Shown piece after piece: positions 20,318 to 30,138 of a DNA stretch of 64,000 bases. The notes under the pieces were generated by a model that did not search any database, was not told the origin of the DNA, and was given only the letters and a program-made list of their open reading frames with translations. The DNA comes from Patescibacteria group bacterium (GTDB taxonomy: Bacteria; Patescibacteriota; Microgenomatia; Levybacterales; UBA12049), in contig BPJB01000001.1 in NCBI GenBank assembly GCA_026004395.1, positions 519,343-583,342 of the forward strand, read 5' to 3'. Both the position numbers and the translations under genes were made by a program. Within the stretch, counting starts at the first letter, position 1. The number at the start of each line of letters is the position of its first letter.

Positions 20318-20358
20318 TTACCATCATTTTTTTACAGTTGCAATTTTATCAATTGTCT

Positions 20359-20373
20359 ACTACAATTTGTAGT
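20359..20373. promoter_or_regulatory. Operator 1 (ACTACAA-T-TTGTAGT dyad) overlapping the -10 of the promoter for the 20376 gene
   Basis: Inverted repeat containing CTACA-N3-TGTAG. A -35 TTGCAA (20338-20343) with 17 nt spacing gives a -10 TACAAT (20361-20366) inside the dyad. The ATG lies 3 nt after the dyad, suggesting a leaderless transcript. The dyad resembles BlaI/CopY TACA/TGTA operators. Confidence 0.6.
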
Positions 20374-20375
20374 AT

Positions 20376-21455
20376 ATGATTTCTAACAACGACAATATAA
20401 AAAATATAAAAATTATCAAAAAAAATAACACAATCAAAACAAAAAATGATTTAACTGGGAAACATCTTCCACATGAAAAGTCAGATGATTATATTTATAT
20501 ATCCCTCTCTAGAAAAAGTATTCTTTTTTTCTTGCTTATACCTTTTATACTTCTTACAATAGTACTTTCTTTCAACTATTTGTTAACCCCAGAGTTAAAG
20601 CAAAATTTTTTGGAGAATTCAGCTGTCTGGTTGCATGAAAAACCATTAATAAAAAAATATATCCCTGCAAAGTGGTTGCCTAAAGATTACATTCTCAATC
20701 AAGTACTTCCAGAAAAAGGCTACCAAACAAAACTTTCTTTTGGCAATATTGGTCTGAAGATGGTACAAGCTGGGGTAATTGATATACAAAAATTGGAGGA
20801 AATCTATAAAAATAGAGGTGGAATTCCAAAGGAGATGAAAAAACTCCTTACTGAACCATCCAATATACCTATTTTAGTCACAAAAGAAAATAGTGTCTGG
20901 CTTATTAATATTCTCTGGCCATTAGGTCTTTCCAACAGAATGCTTCTCAATGAGCAAAGTCCAATTTCTGGAGAAAACGTTGGCAACTACGCATCAACAG
21001 GAGGATGGACACTGGGAAAAGAGCAGAATGGTGGAGTGTATTTCAATAAATTACGACTTATAGAATTATCTTCTGAACAAGAAAAACGTGTTGTTGCGAT
21101 TGCTGAAAGTATTTATCGCCCTTGCTGCAACAATTCTTCTTTCTTTCAAGATTGTAATCACGGTTCGGCAGCCTTAGGGCTTATTGAATTAGGAGTTGCT
21201 CAAGGATTAACGGATGAAGAGATATATAAAACAGTACTTGTATTTAATTCTTACTGGTTTCCACAAAACTACACTGAAATGGCTTTTTACTTTCAGCATG
21301 CAAAAAATAAGGTCTGGAATGAGATTGACCCCAAAATGATACTTTCTAAAGAATATTCGAGTCTTAGTGGATGGATGACAAATATTCATACACCTGCACA
21401 AAATATCCCAGGACTTATTCCACCAACAGAAAGTGGAGGAGGCTGCTCTGTCTAA
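20376..21455 (+). CDS. Hypothetical membrane-anchored protein with a Cys-rich motif (CCNNSSFFQDCNHGSA)
   Basis: 359 aa with a single TM helix near residue 50. No family recognised. Operator 1 is directly upstream. Confidence 0.35.
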   Translation: MISNNDNIKNIKIIKKNNTIKTKNDLTGKHLPHEKSDDYIYISLSRKSILFFLLIPFILLTIVLSFNYLLTPELKQNFLENSAVWLHEKPLIKKYIPAKWLPKDYILNQVLPEKGYQTKLSFGNIGLKMVQAGVIDIQKLEEIYKNRGGIPKEMKKLLTEPSNIPILVTKENSVWLINILWPLGLSNRMLLNEQSPISGENVGNYASTGGWTLGKEQNGGVYFNKLRLIELSSEQEKRVVAIAESIYRPCCNNSSFFQDCNHGSAALGLIELGVAQGLTDEEIYKTVLVFNSYWFPQNYTEMAFYFQHAKNKVWNEIDPKMILSKEYSSLSGWMTNIHTPAQNIPGLIPPTESGGGCSV

Positions 21456-21486
21456 ACTCTTGCAGAAAATTAGGCATCACTGATAT

Positions 21487-21501
21487 ACTACAATTTGTAG
21501 T
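21487..21501. promoter_or_regulatory. Operator 2, identical to operator 1 (ACTACAA-T-TTGTAGT)
   Basis: Same 15-mer. An extended -10 TGaTATACT (21481-21489) overlaps its left arm, and a -35 TTGCAG lies at 21460-21465. It sits 21 nt upstream of the 21522 ATG. Confidence 0.6.
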
Positions 21502-21521
21502 ATTGACATTACATATTTACT

Positions 21522-22004
21522 ATGACAGTAGAACAAAAGATTATTGGAGGTATTAGTCTTTTAACACTTGGTATTTTAGGAGGTGCAGTTTTTTTGTTAT
21601 CAGGCAGTAGCAGTAATGTAAAATCGTCTATCCCTAAAGAACAAATAGTTGCAGAAAACGGTATCCACTGGCACCCAAGGCTCTTAATATCTATCAAAGG
21701 TCAAAGACAAGAGATTCCTGCAAATATTGGAATTGGTGCTGTACATCAAAAAATTCATACCCACCCAGAAGATAACAAAGAAGGTGTAATCCATATGGAA
21801 ATGCAGGGTATTGTTACTAAAGATGAAACTAAGTTAGGTAATTTCTTTAAAATTTGGGGGAAGGAATTTAATTCAAATCAGATCTTCGATAAAAAAAATG
21901 GCAAAGAAGGTAAGTTAAAAATGTTAGTAAATGGAAAAGAAAATAACAGTTTTGAAAATTATCAAATGCGTGACAAAGATCTAATTGAGATTATCTATGA
22001 ATGA
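21522..22004 (+). CDS. Hypothetical membrane-anchored protein, His-rich (HWHP...HQKIHTHPED...HMEMQ)
   Basis: 160 aa with an N-terminal TM helix and several His clusters suggesting metal binding. Family not recognised. Confidence 0.35.
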   Translation: MTVEQKIIGGISLLTLGILGGAVFLLSGSSSNVKSSIPKEQIVAENGIHWHPRLLISIKGQRQEIPANIGIGAVHQKIHTHPEDNKEGVIHMEMQGIVTKDETKLGNFFKIWGKEFNSNQIFDKKNGKEGKLKMLVNGKENNSFENYQMRDKDLIEIIYE

Positions 22005-22040
22005 TTAATTAAAGATACTAGCTAAGCGTATTCGTTCAAA

Positions 22041-22934
22041 ATGCAAAAAATATTTATCTCAATTGCTATAGGTGTTGTTCTTTTGGGAACAGCTTTCTAT
22101 TTCAATTTAAATCCTCAAAGTCAAAGATTGATTAAAATTGATGAATATTCAAAAGATACAAGCAATTATCCTGATGCAAAACAACCTGAAATTGTTGAAT
22201 TACAGAATGGAGATTCGTATAACTTAACAGCAGGCATTGTAAAGAAAAAGATTAATGGAGTTTATATAAAAATGCTTGCGTATAATGGTTCAATTCCTGC
22301 TCCTCTGATCAAAGTTCCACAAAATGCTGAGAGTACCATCAATTTTAAAAACCAAACAGACTTTGTTACTACCTTACACTCACATGGTGTTAGACTTGCC
22401 AACCGATTTGACGGCGTACCTGACATCACTCAAAAAGCTATTAAACCCGGAAGAACATTTACCTACAAAATCAATTTTCCAGATCCAGGCGTCTATTGGT
22501 ATCATCCTCATCTAAGAGAAGATTACGCACAAGATCTGGGACTCTATGGCAATTTTATTGTCGAACCGGCGAACAAAACTACTGGGCAGAGGTGGATCGT
22601 GAGGTGGCACTATTCTTAGACGATATTCTAATCCAAAATGGATATCAATTGGCTATTTCAAAAAGGCGATAAAGTAAAAATAAAAATCTTTAATGACCCT
22701 AATTTATTCCAACGATGCAACATCCTATAGATATTCATGGACAGAGATTTTTTGGTAACCAGTATTAATGGGATATCAAATCAAAATCTTTTTTGGAAAG
22801 ATACTGTGCTTGTTCAAACTGGTGATACTGTCGAACTTCTCGTTGATATGGCTAATCCCGGTGAATGGTTGATCCATTGTCATATTCCAGAACATATGGA
22901 GGCTGGAATGATGCTGAATTTTAAGGTAATGTAG
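22041..22934 (+). pseudogene. Multicopper oxidase gene, two-cupredoxin-domain size, disrupted by about 4 frameshifts
   Basis: N-terminal part has the HSHG and WYHPH copper motifs. The downstream frames give NYWAEVDREVALFLDDILIQNG, then KGDKVKIKIFNDPNLF, then MQHPIDIHGQRFF, then LVTSINGISNQNLFWKDTVLVQTGDTVELLVDMANPGEWLIHCHIPEHMEAGMM. That final stretch carries the HPxHxHG and HCHxxxHxxxGM copper sites. Every shift is at an A or T homopolymer. Confidence 0.65.
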
Positions 22935-23155
22935 AGTTAACTCTAGACTAAATTAGCTATCTAAAATATTTATTTAAAACTTTCAAAGAGCACAGCACAT
23001 CGAATTGATAACTATAATCCATAATTTATTTATATTGGTAATATGATGTCATAGACTGTATTATTACAAATATATTCTAAGCAAGATAACAATATAAATA
23101 CTAACATGAATGTTTTACGAGAGAGAGAAACAGATTAATATGCTTGACGTCTATT

Positions 23156-23168
23156 CTACATACTGTAG
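23156..23168. promoter_or_regulatory. Operator 3 (CTACA-TAC-TGTAG) in the copper ATPase promoter
   Basis: Same CTACA-N3-TGTAG dyad as operators 1 and 2. It lies between a -35 TTGACG (23144-23149) and the -10 region, about 35 nt upstream of the 23201 ATG. Confidence 0.55.
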
Positions 23169-23200
23169 TAAATAACACTTATATTATGTAAAATAAAGTT

Positions 23201-25453
23201 ATGAAGGAAAAAATGAGTCATAAAATTTATACCTGCACCATGCATAAGAAAATCCATTCAGATAAGATGGGTAATTGTCCAAAGTGCGGGATGAATCTTA
23301 TTGAAGCAAAAATCAAAATGGATCATAGCAAAATGAATCATGAAGAGATGAAGCATGATGAACATGTCATGCACACTAAGAAACCCATATCTGAGATGTC
23401 TTTTTGGGAGAAATTTAAGATGAGTATGACGATGACCATGGGTATGGAACACACAGGTGTTGCAGGAGAAGAAATGGCTAAGCTCATGGAAAAGGATATA
23501 CGTAATAAATTTTTTGTAGCATTAATCCTCACAATTCCTATCATTGCTTATTCACCGCTTGGAGTAAATCTTCTTAGGCTGCAACTGCCAACACCAATAC
23601 CTGCCAACTGGATTATGTTTATTTTGGCAACACCAGTCTTTTTCTATTCGGGGTGGATCTTCCTTTACTCAACATATAAGGCTTTACAAGCAAAGACACT
23701 CAATATGGCAGTTCTTATTGCTGTTGGCATCACAGCATCTTATGTATTTAGCGTTGTCTTGACACTTATGGGAAGCGATGAGTCATTTTATGAAGCCAGC
23801 GCAATGCTTACTACTTTTGTTTTGTTTGGCCACTGGATGGAAATGAAATCTCGAAGAGGTACTACAGAAGCACTGCAAGCTTTATTCAACTTAGTTCCTC
23901 CGCAAGCTCGTCTTTTGAAAAACGGAAAAGAAGAAATAGTTCCAACCTCTCAAATCAAGCTTGGCGACATTATCATCTTAAAACCGGGTGATAAAGTACC
24001 AGTTGATGGAGAAATTATAGAAGGAGAAACAAGCATTGATGAATCACTTGTAACAGGCGAGTCTATTCCAGTCGCAAAGAAAAAAGGTGATCAAGTCATT
24101 GGGGGATCTATAAATATATCTGGATCAGTCAAATTTAAAGCAACTAGAGTAGGAAAGGACACAGCACTTGCCCAGATTATAAGAATGGTAGAGATCGCTC
24201 AAAGTTCAAAAGCTCCAGGACAGAAAATTGCTGATAGATTTGCAAAATATTTAGTTATCGTGGCAATAGGTGGAGGGCTAATTACTTTTGCTGTATGGTT
24301 TTTGATCATTGGCCAACCACTGATGTTCTCTCTTACTTTCGCAATCTCAACTGTTGTTATCGCTTGTCCAGACGCTTTAGGTCTTGCAACCCCTACGGCT
24401 GTTGCAGTTGGTACTGGACTTGGCGCAAAGCACAATATTCTAATTAAAGATGCTCCCACCCTTGAGCAAGTATCAAAGATACAGACAGTAGTACTGGATA
24501 AAACAGGAACTCTCACAGAAGGAAAACCAAAAATTACTGATATTATCACACTCAATGAATTAACAGAAAATGAAGTATTAAGACTGGTTGCCGCAGCAGA
24601 AGCCAAATCAAGCCACCCTTTAAGCAAAGCTGTTCTTGAAGAAGTTGCCAAAAGAAAAATCAAGATACAAAAGGATGTTAAGAATTTTCACAATATTGCA
24701 GGACACGGCGTTGAAGCTATAGTTGAGGATAAACATATCTTGGTGGGTACTGCCAAGCTGATGCGAGATCGTAGCATTAGTGTTGCTCACTTTAAAAAAG
24801 ATATGGATAGACTGCTAGCTGATGGAAAAACACTTATGTTTGTAGCCATTGAAAAGAGAGTTGTTGCATTGATTGCTGCAGCTGATCCTATTAAACCGAC
24901 TGCCAAAAAAGCTATAGATCGCATGAAAGAACTCGGTCTTGAAGTAGTGATGATCACAGGAGACAACAAAAAAACAGCTGAGGCTATTGGCAAACAGCTT
25001 GGTATTGAGAGAATCTTTGCTGAAGTGCTCCCTGAAGAGAAAGCAAGATATATCAAGAAATTACAAGATCAGGGAAAATTTGTAGCAATGGTAGGAGATG
25101 GGGTGAATGATGCACCGGCTCTTGCTCAAGCAGATATAGGTATCGCTATTGGCGCTGGAACAGATGTTGCCATAGAGACAGCAAAAGTCGTGCTAATGAA
25201 ATCCGATCCTGCGGATGTGGTGCGAGCAATCAAACTCTCTAAAGCAACAGTACGCAAAATGAAGCAAAATCTTTTCTGGGCATCAATTTATAATTTACTT
25301 GCTATTCCCATAGCAGCTGGTGTATTATATCCCAAATTTGGTATCGAGCTTCGTCCAGAGTTTGCTGCCTTACTCATGAGTCTCTCCTCAATAATTGTGG
25401 CAACAAATGCTGTACTTCTAAACAGAGCAGAAAATGACCTTCTAAGTATATGA
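23201..25453 (+). CDS. Heavy-metal (copper-type) P1B ATPase with an N-terminal HMBD zinc-ribbon-like metal-binding domain, a His/Met-rich stretch and an atypical CPD membrane motif
   Basis: N-terminal YTCTMHKKIHSDKMGNCPKCGMNL matches the HMBD signature Y.CPMHP....G.CP.CGM.L. His/Met-rich segment (MDHSKMNHEEMKHDEHVMH, MSMTMTMGMEH). P-type motifs TGES, DKTGTLT and GDGVNDAPAL. Membrane helix 6 reads IACPDALGLATPTA, where canonical Cu ATPases have CPC or CPH. The gene ends with a TGA stop. Confidence 0.9.
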   Translation: MKEKMSHKIYTCTMHKKIHSDKMGNCPKCGMNLIEAKIKMDHSKMNHEEMKHDEHVMHTKKPISEMSFWEKFKMSMTMTMGMEHTGVAGEEMAKLMEKDIRNKFFVALILTIPIIAYSPLGVNLLRLQLPTPIPANWIMFILATPVFFYSGWIFLYSTYKALQAKTLNMAVLIAVGITASYVFSVVLTLMGSDESFYEASAMLTTFVLFGHWMEMKSRRGTTEALQALFNLVPPQARLLKNGKEEIVPTSQIKLGDIIILKPGDKVPVDGEIIEGETSIDESLVTGESIPVAKKKGDQVIGGSINISGSVKFKATRVGKDTALAQIIRMVEIAQSSKAPGQKIADRFAKYLVIVAIGGGLITFAVWFLIIGQPLMFSLTFAISTVVIACPDALGLATPTAVAVGTGLGAKHNILIKDAPTLEQVSKIQTVVLDKTGTLTEGKPKITDIITLNELTENEVLRLVAAAEAKSSHPLSKAVLEEVAKRKIKIQKDVKNFHNIAGHGVEAIVEDKHILVGTAKLMRDRSISVAHFKKDMDRLLADGKTLMFVAIEKRVVALIAAADPIKPTAKKAIDRMKELGLEVVMITGDNKKTAEAIGKQLGIERIFAEVLPEEKARYIKKLQDQGKFVAMVGDGVNDAPALAQADIGIAIGAGTDVAIETAKVVLMKSDPADVVRAIKLSKATVRKMKQNLFWASIYNLLAIPIAAGVLYPKFGIELRPEFAALLMSLSSIIVATNAVLLNRAENDLLSI

Positions 25454-25849
25454 ATTACTCTCTTTCAATCTCAAATACGCTTTTTATTCTGTATTTCAAT
25501 ATCTTAAAAAAATCTCAAGAAGATTATTATTTTCGCAAAAGTACCCATGAATCCAAAATACTGTAATTTTTGTTTATTAGTTAATTATAGGGTAGAGAAT
25601 AATTTTTGTTTTATTGGTTATCTAAAATTGCTCTGGAAACAGTATCGTGATCAAAATGGCGAATTTTTTATAAAAATTAATCAGCTCAAATTGTGCAACT
25701 TCTGCCTTTTTGTATGTTAATTTTTTTAAATCAACATATTATTCATGTTCTTCGAAATGTTCTTCAGAAAAACTGGTATCTTTTTTAGATTGTTGATCTG
25801 TGGACCATTTAAATGGATCTAGTGGATGAATGTTTCTTAATAACATTAA

Positions 25850-26086
25850 TTATTTTTTTCTTAATTCGATTAATTCTTCCAGAGGATAAAATTTCTCTCT
25901 GCTCTTAATTTTAGTCTTCTTTGTGTCATATATATCTCTACCAGTGCTCAATTTTATTCCCATATATTGGCTTCCGCCATCACCAACAAATACAGAACGA
26001 TGAGGTCTGCTGTTAGGTCCATCATGTTCTTTTACTCTAAAAAAACTACGTATTTGTTCTAATCTTACTTTAAAGCGTTCATACAT
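25850..26086 (-). CDS. Hypothetical protein
   Basis: 78 aa ORF with no recognised motif, in a low-coding-density region. Confidence 0.25.
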   Translation of the reverse strand: MYERFKVRLEQIRSFFRVKEHDGPNSRPHRSVFVGDGGSQYMGIKLSTGRDIYDTKKTKIKSREKFYPLEELIELRKK

Positions 26087-26275
26087 AATTTACTTATTTT
26101 AACAATAATAACAAAATAATGCAAATTTTTAAATTGGACATTCAAAATCCAAAACATTCAAAGAGTAAAGTAATCAAGTGAAATAAACTATAATCCAATA
26201 CAAACTCAGGGTCTGTTCTAATAATGGCAGGAAGGATAAGATTAGAAGAGGAGATACTATAACAACAAATATTCT

Positions 26276-27082
26276 TTATAGATGTGGATCTATAACATTA
26301 ATCAAATCTCCATCATACCCTACATAAAATTTTTCCCGATCAGTTTTCTTTCTAATTTTGCGAATAACTTTATCTACATCCTTAACTTTTTTATAAAATT
26401 CGAATTTATAAATTGTGAAGTACATATTAATTTCATATCCTACGTATTTTAACGGTATATTTAGAGAAGCAAACAGGCCTTCCATGTATTGAGCTTTATA
26501 CCGTATTATCATTGTTAGAGGATAGCAAATTCTATTTGGAAAAATATAATTAAGCGGGATAAATTGTGTTAACCAATCAAGAAAATCGATAATATAATCT
26601 CTCAACTTAATTAAATTCAAAATTATGAAAGAATGGGGGGTAATATAGAGTTCTTTTGGAGTAACCTGTCTTGTTACTACAAGCTTAAAAATTCTCACTA
26701 CCTCTTTTTTTAGAATAACAACCTCTCTTTTTAGAATAATAATCTTTCTTTTTAGAGTAACAAAAAAACGATAAGTTACAATAGTTAAAAGTATAGGCAA
26801 ATACAAAACCCAAATAGTAACAGAAACCAAAAAAACAATGAGTGTAATTATTGTATAATTATCATCAAACTTAAATATTCCTATAAGAGGTAGAAAAAAT
26901 AAAAGAAAATACGCTAAAAATGTATATTTAAAAATAGATGCAAGACCCCAAATTCCCCAGCAATTTTTATTGAAGTAATCACTATATTTTTTCCAAAGTA
27001 CCAATGCCCATTTGTAAAATTTTGCAAATTGTATATTTTCCTGCATATTGTATTTTCCTATACATTTGTATTTATAAATCAT
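26276..27082 (-). CDS. Hypothetical membrane protein
   Basis: 268 aa with several TM helices and an internal short repeat (LKRKIIILKREVVILKKEVVRIFKL). No recognised family. Confidence 0.35.
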   Translation of the reverse strand: MIYKYKCIGKYNMQENIQFAKFYKWALVLWKKYSDYFNKNCWGIWGLASIFKYTFLAYFLLFFLPLIGIFKFDDNYTIITLIVFLVSVTIWVLYLPILLTIVTYRFFVTLKRKIIILKREVVILKKEVVRIFKLVVTRQVTPKELYITPHSFIILNLIKLRDYIIDFLDWLTQFIPLNYIFPNRICYPLTMIIRYKAQYMEGLFASLNIPLKYVGYEINMYFTIYKFEFYKKVKDVDKVIRKIRKKTDREKFYVGYDGDLINVIDPHL

Positions 27083-27677
27083 GTTTTAATTCACAAATAC
27101 TACAATACGCACATGCACCATAACTATCAAAATTTTACCCTCAATTATTTTCCATAAATCTTGTCTTCAATCTAATTGTCATCTAGTCGTAGGGATGGCA
27201 TTTAATATCAAAGCTCAAACTGTACTGATAAAAGCTACTGGCTTTATAAACCGATAATGCACAAAATAGCAAAGATCTAAAGCATTAAAATCATTTTTCC
27301 CAAAATTCATTCGTAAATCTTTATCTGATATTTTAATATCAATATAGCTCACTTTTTTTAGCACTGCAAACCTTGTAATCAAACACAATCAGCCTTTCCA
27401 TTAAATAAAATCAAATACTACAGTGAAAATAAGAAAATTAATAAATTTATTTTGCATTGAATGTCTGTAAAAGTATTTCGCCATTTATACATATAAATGT
27501 GCATGTAGGTAATTAGAGTCAATTTCTTCCTGATGGATTAAATAACAAGTAGTCCATTTTTACGATGTAGTCAATTTTTTTAGTCGAATATTTCTATCAT
27601 CTTTATTATTTATTTTAAATTATTTACTAAAGAATGGAAAAGGATGTGATTTTTATGCCAGCGAAGATCACATACTA

Positions 27678-29017
27678 TCAATATAAAAATTGATTGATTT
27701 TTTCAGCAAAATCAACAAAATTATCAAACCAATATTTCTTCTGTGGTTCGGGCACCGGAGCAATTCCGCCGCGAGCAGGCATAAGCAATAACTTTACATT
27801 AATGGTAAATCCATTGTATAAAAAATCTCTGCTTTGTTTTTGTCCATTCTCTTCAATTTCAAATATTCTTGAATACCCATCAATCTTTCTGTAGCCGTCA
27901 GAGTGTTCTGTCCCTTTCGGATCAACGAACAAAATTAGATATCGTTTGCATTTTTGCGCCCAAAAGATAAAGTCTGGTTTGAAATTTGACATCTTTTTAG
28001 GCTCCTTCGGGTTATAATAAGGAATGAAAACTTCGTCCAGTGTTTGGTCAAGTTTTGAAAACATCCACCAATCAAATTGTGAAAAAATGTTTTTCGGTTG
28101 AGTAAGATATTCTTCCAGTTGCTCGATAAATCTTACCTCGCTATCAACATTAATAATATGATTAAGATAATCAATTTTCTCGTCTTCTGAAAGTATCACT
28201 GGAATATAGTAATGATTAGCCAGATACCTAATTTTTATTTTTTTGCCGTTAACTTCATATTTTCCAGCTTCTTCAAATAACTTCAGTTGTTTACCATACT
28301 CTTCAGGAGGAATTTTTCCATAATTCTTGTCTAATTCTTTTTTCTTTTCAGGATAGTACCTTATAAAATCAATCTTTTTTCTGATTTCCTCATATTTGTC
28401 GCCATCACTAAGCCTAATCATTTTAAAATGAACGATTTCATTTTCTAATTCTTTAAACTTATCCAACTCTTTGCTCTTAATTCCCAGATAATCAAGAATT
28501 CGCCCAAGAATTAACTCCGGCTCAAAGAGTGAGTTTCTCTCGCTAAAATCGTAGTATCGCTCTATTTCCGCAAAACTTTCTCTTGCTTTCTTTAAAACTT
28601 TCACTTCGCAATCGTATTTCGCTACAGCGACTTTATCGTCCAAAAATTCGTAGAAACGTGAAGTTATATCTAAATCTTCAGGGCTGACAGGGTATTTTTG
28701 TATATCTTTTTCCTCGGCAAAATTCTCTCAGCGGTTTTATAAACCGGCACCAAGAGAAGATGTTTTTGCGCTTCGGGATTTAATATAAACGCTTCGCCCA
28801 AACTCTTGTCTTGTTTTTCTTCTTTTAGTGTTTTGATTATTTCTTTCAGGTTTTCGGCATTAGTGCCAAAAACAATTAAGCTTTCAATTGGCAGAATCAA
28901 ATCCTTAACTTTCTCAAATAATTGTTCATTTATAACTTTAGCGTTTAGCAAATTTTGGAATCGCTTTCTTTGATATTTCAGCGGCTCTATTCGGACACCT
29001 CTGCCAACTGACTGCAA
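27678..29017 (-). pseudogene. C-terminal remnant of an SF2 helicase-nuclease (Type III restriction Res-like), 5'-truncated and frameshifted
   Basis: The upstream fragment (28670-29017) begins with helicase motif VI QSVGRGVRI; motifs I-V are absent. A frameshift separates it from the downstream fragment (27678-28643). The downstream fragment ends with a PD-(D/E)xK-like nuclease core (PDFIFW ... LILFVDPKG). Confidence 0.5.
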
Positions 29018-29232
29018 AACAAATTTTTCAAAACTGCTAATTTTTTCTTTGTTATTGATTCCTTTCCTGTCTTGTATGCGAAAACAGTCATATTATCCAA
29101 GCAATATTTGTTAGAGTAATTGGTGTGTATAAAAAATTGATTTTTAGGCTTCAAGATTGTTTTAACAAAATCTCAGCAAGTCATCTTTGGAGGTATAGCA
29201 AAAAAGTCTCTTGCATTACGTGTATTTACTAG

Positions 29233-29304
29233 TGAGCCCAGAGGGATTCGAACCCCCAACCAATGCCTTAAGAGGGCACTGCTCTACCGTTGAGCTATGG
29301 GCCC
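29233..29304 (-). tRNA. tRNA-Lys (anticodon CTT)
   Basis: 72 nt. Manual cloverleaf fold: acceptor GGGCCCA/TGGGCTC, D-arm GCTCAACGGTAGAGC, anticodon stem-loop GTGCC-CTCTTAA-GGCAT, T-arm GGGGGTTCGAATCCCTC. CCA is not encoded. Confidence 0.8.
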
Positions 29305-29321
29305 AAAAAAATTATTTTTTG

Positions 29322-29394
29322 TACGCCCGAAGGGAATCGAACCCCCAACCTGATGGTCCGAAGCCATCCGCTCTATCCGTTGAGCTACGGGCGC
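29322..29394 (-). tRNA. tRNA-Arg (anticodon TCG)
   Basis: 73 nt. Acceptor GCGCCCG/CGGGCGT, anticodon stem-loop GATGG-CTTCGGA-CCATC, T-loop TTCGATT. CCA is not encoded. Confidence 0.8.
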
Positions 29395-29486
29395 ACGCTA
29401 CAACTGCATTTTAACAAACTGCCTAATTTAATTCAATGAAAGTACGTTTTGATCTAAAAAGATATTTTTGGAAAACATAAATATAT

Positions 29487-30128
29487 TTGTTACAATATAA
29501 ACATCAATTAACACGCGACTCACTACACATGGAAAAAATTAAAAAAATAATTAAAAATCTAAGATATTCATACAGATCACTACCATCCAAAAAACAATAT
29601 ATTGAATTCTTTACAGCGCTTCTTACTATTCCAGTGCTACTCACTGTTATCATCCTCAACTTGTCAAATTTAAAAAATTCTAATAAACCTCCATCATCTC
29701 AAGCAAAGGAAGAAAGTAAACCAATTATTGTTACCGTACCTGTTGAAAAAAACAGACAAGTTAGCGAAGAAAAACCTTCACCTACACAAGAAATATGTAA
29801 AAAAGAAATTGGTCCAGTGAACATTGTTTCACCAGAAGAGAACGAAACTGTAACTGACAATCCCGTGATTATTTCAGTTGATTATGATCAAGATACGTAC
29901 TGTGCAATTGTCTGGGCGTATCGAGTGAACAATGGAAGATATTCTGAATATGACAACAAATCTATAGCTCTTTATAACCCTCCAAAAGGAAAGATTACTG
30001 TTGACCTCAAAATAAAAAGTGTCGTAACTGGTGAGGAAAAGATTTTAACAAGAAACTTTTACTATGCTTCAGAATCATCAAATTCCGACCAGTCAATCAC
30101 ACCTACAGCTTCTCCTTCAGCGAGATAA
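29487..30128 (+). CDS. Hypothetical exported or membrane-anchored protein
   Basis: 213 aa with an N-terminal TM/signal segment. No recognised family. The likely start is the internal Met at 29529. Confidence 0.35.
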   Translation: MLQYKHQLTRDSLHMEKIKKIIKNLRYSYRSLPSKKQYIEFFTALLTIPVLLTVIILNLSNLKNSNKPPSSQAKEESKPIIVTVPVEKNRQVSEEKPSPTQEICKKEIGPVNIVSPEENETVTDNPVIISVDYDQDTYCAIVWAYRVNNGRYSEYDNKSIALYNPPKGKITVDLKIKSVVTGEEKILTRNFYYASESSNSDQSITPTASPSAR

Positions 30129-30138
30129 AGTTACTTAC

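Noticed and set aside
23201-25453. Possibility of an alternative genetic code with TGA read as an amino acid, considered because of the low GC and possible uncultivated-lineage origin
   Set aside because: The copper ATPase ends at a TGA stop (25451-25453) exactly at the expected C-terminus (…NDLLSI). Other recognisable genes also end at TAA or TAG at family-typical lengths. The standard code fits.
29211-29414. 67 aa plus-strand ORF spanning 29211-29414
   Set aside because: It covers the two minus-strand tRNA genes (Lys, Arg). The peptide SPEGFEPPTNALRGHCSTVELWAQ is the characteristic translation of tRNA antisense sequence.
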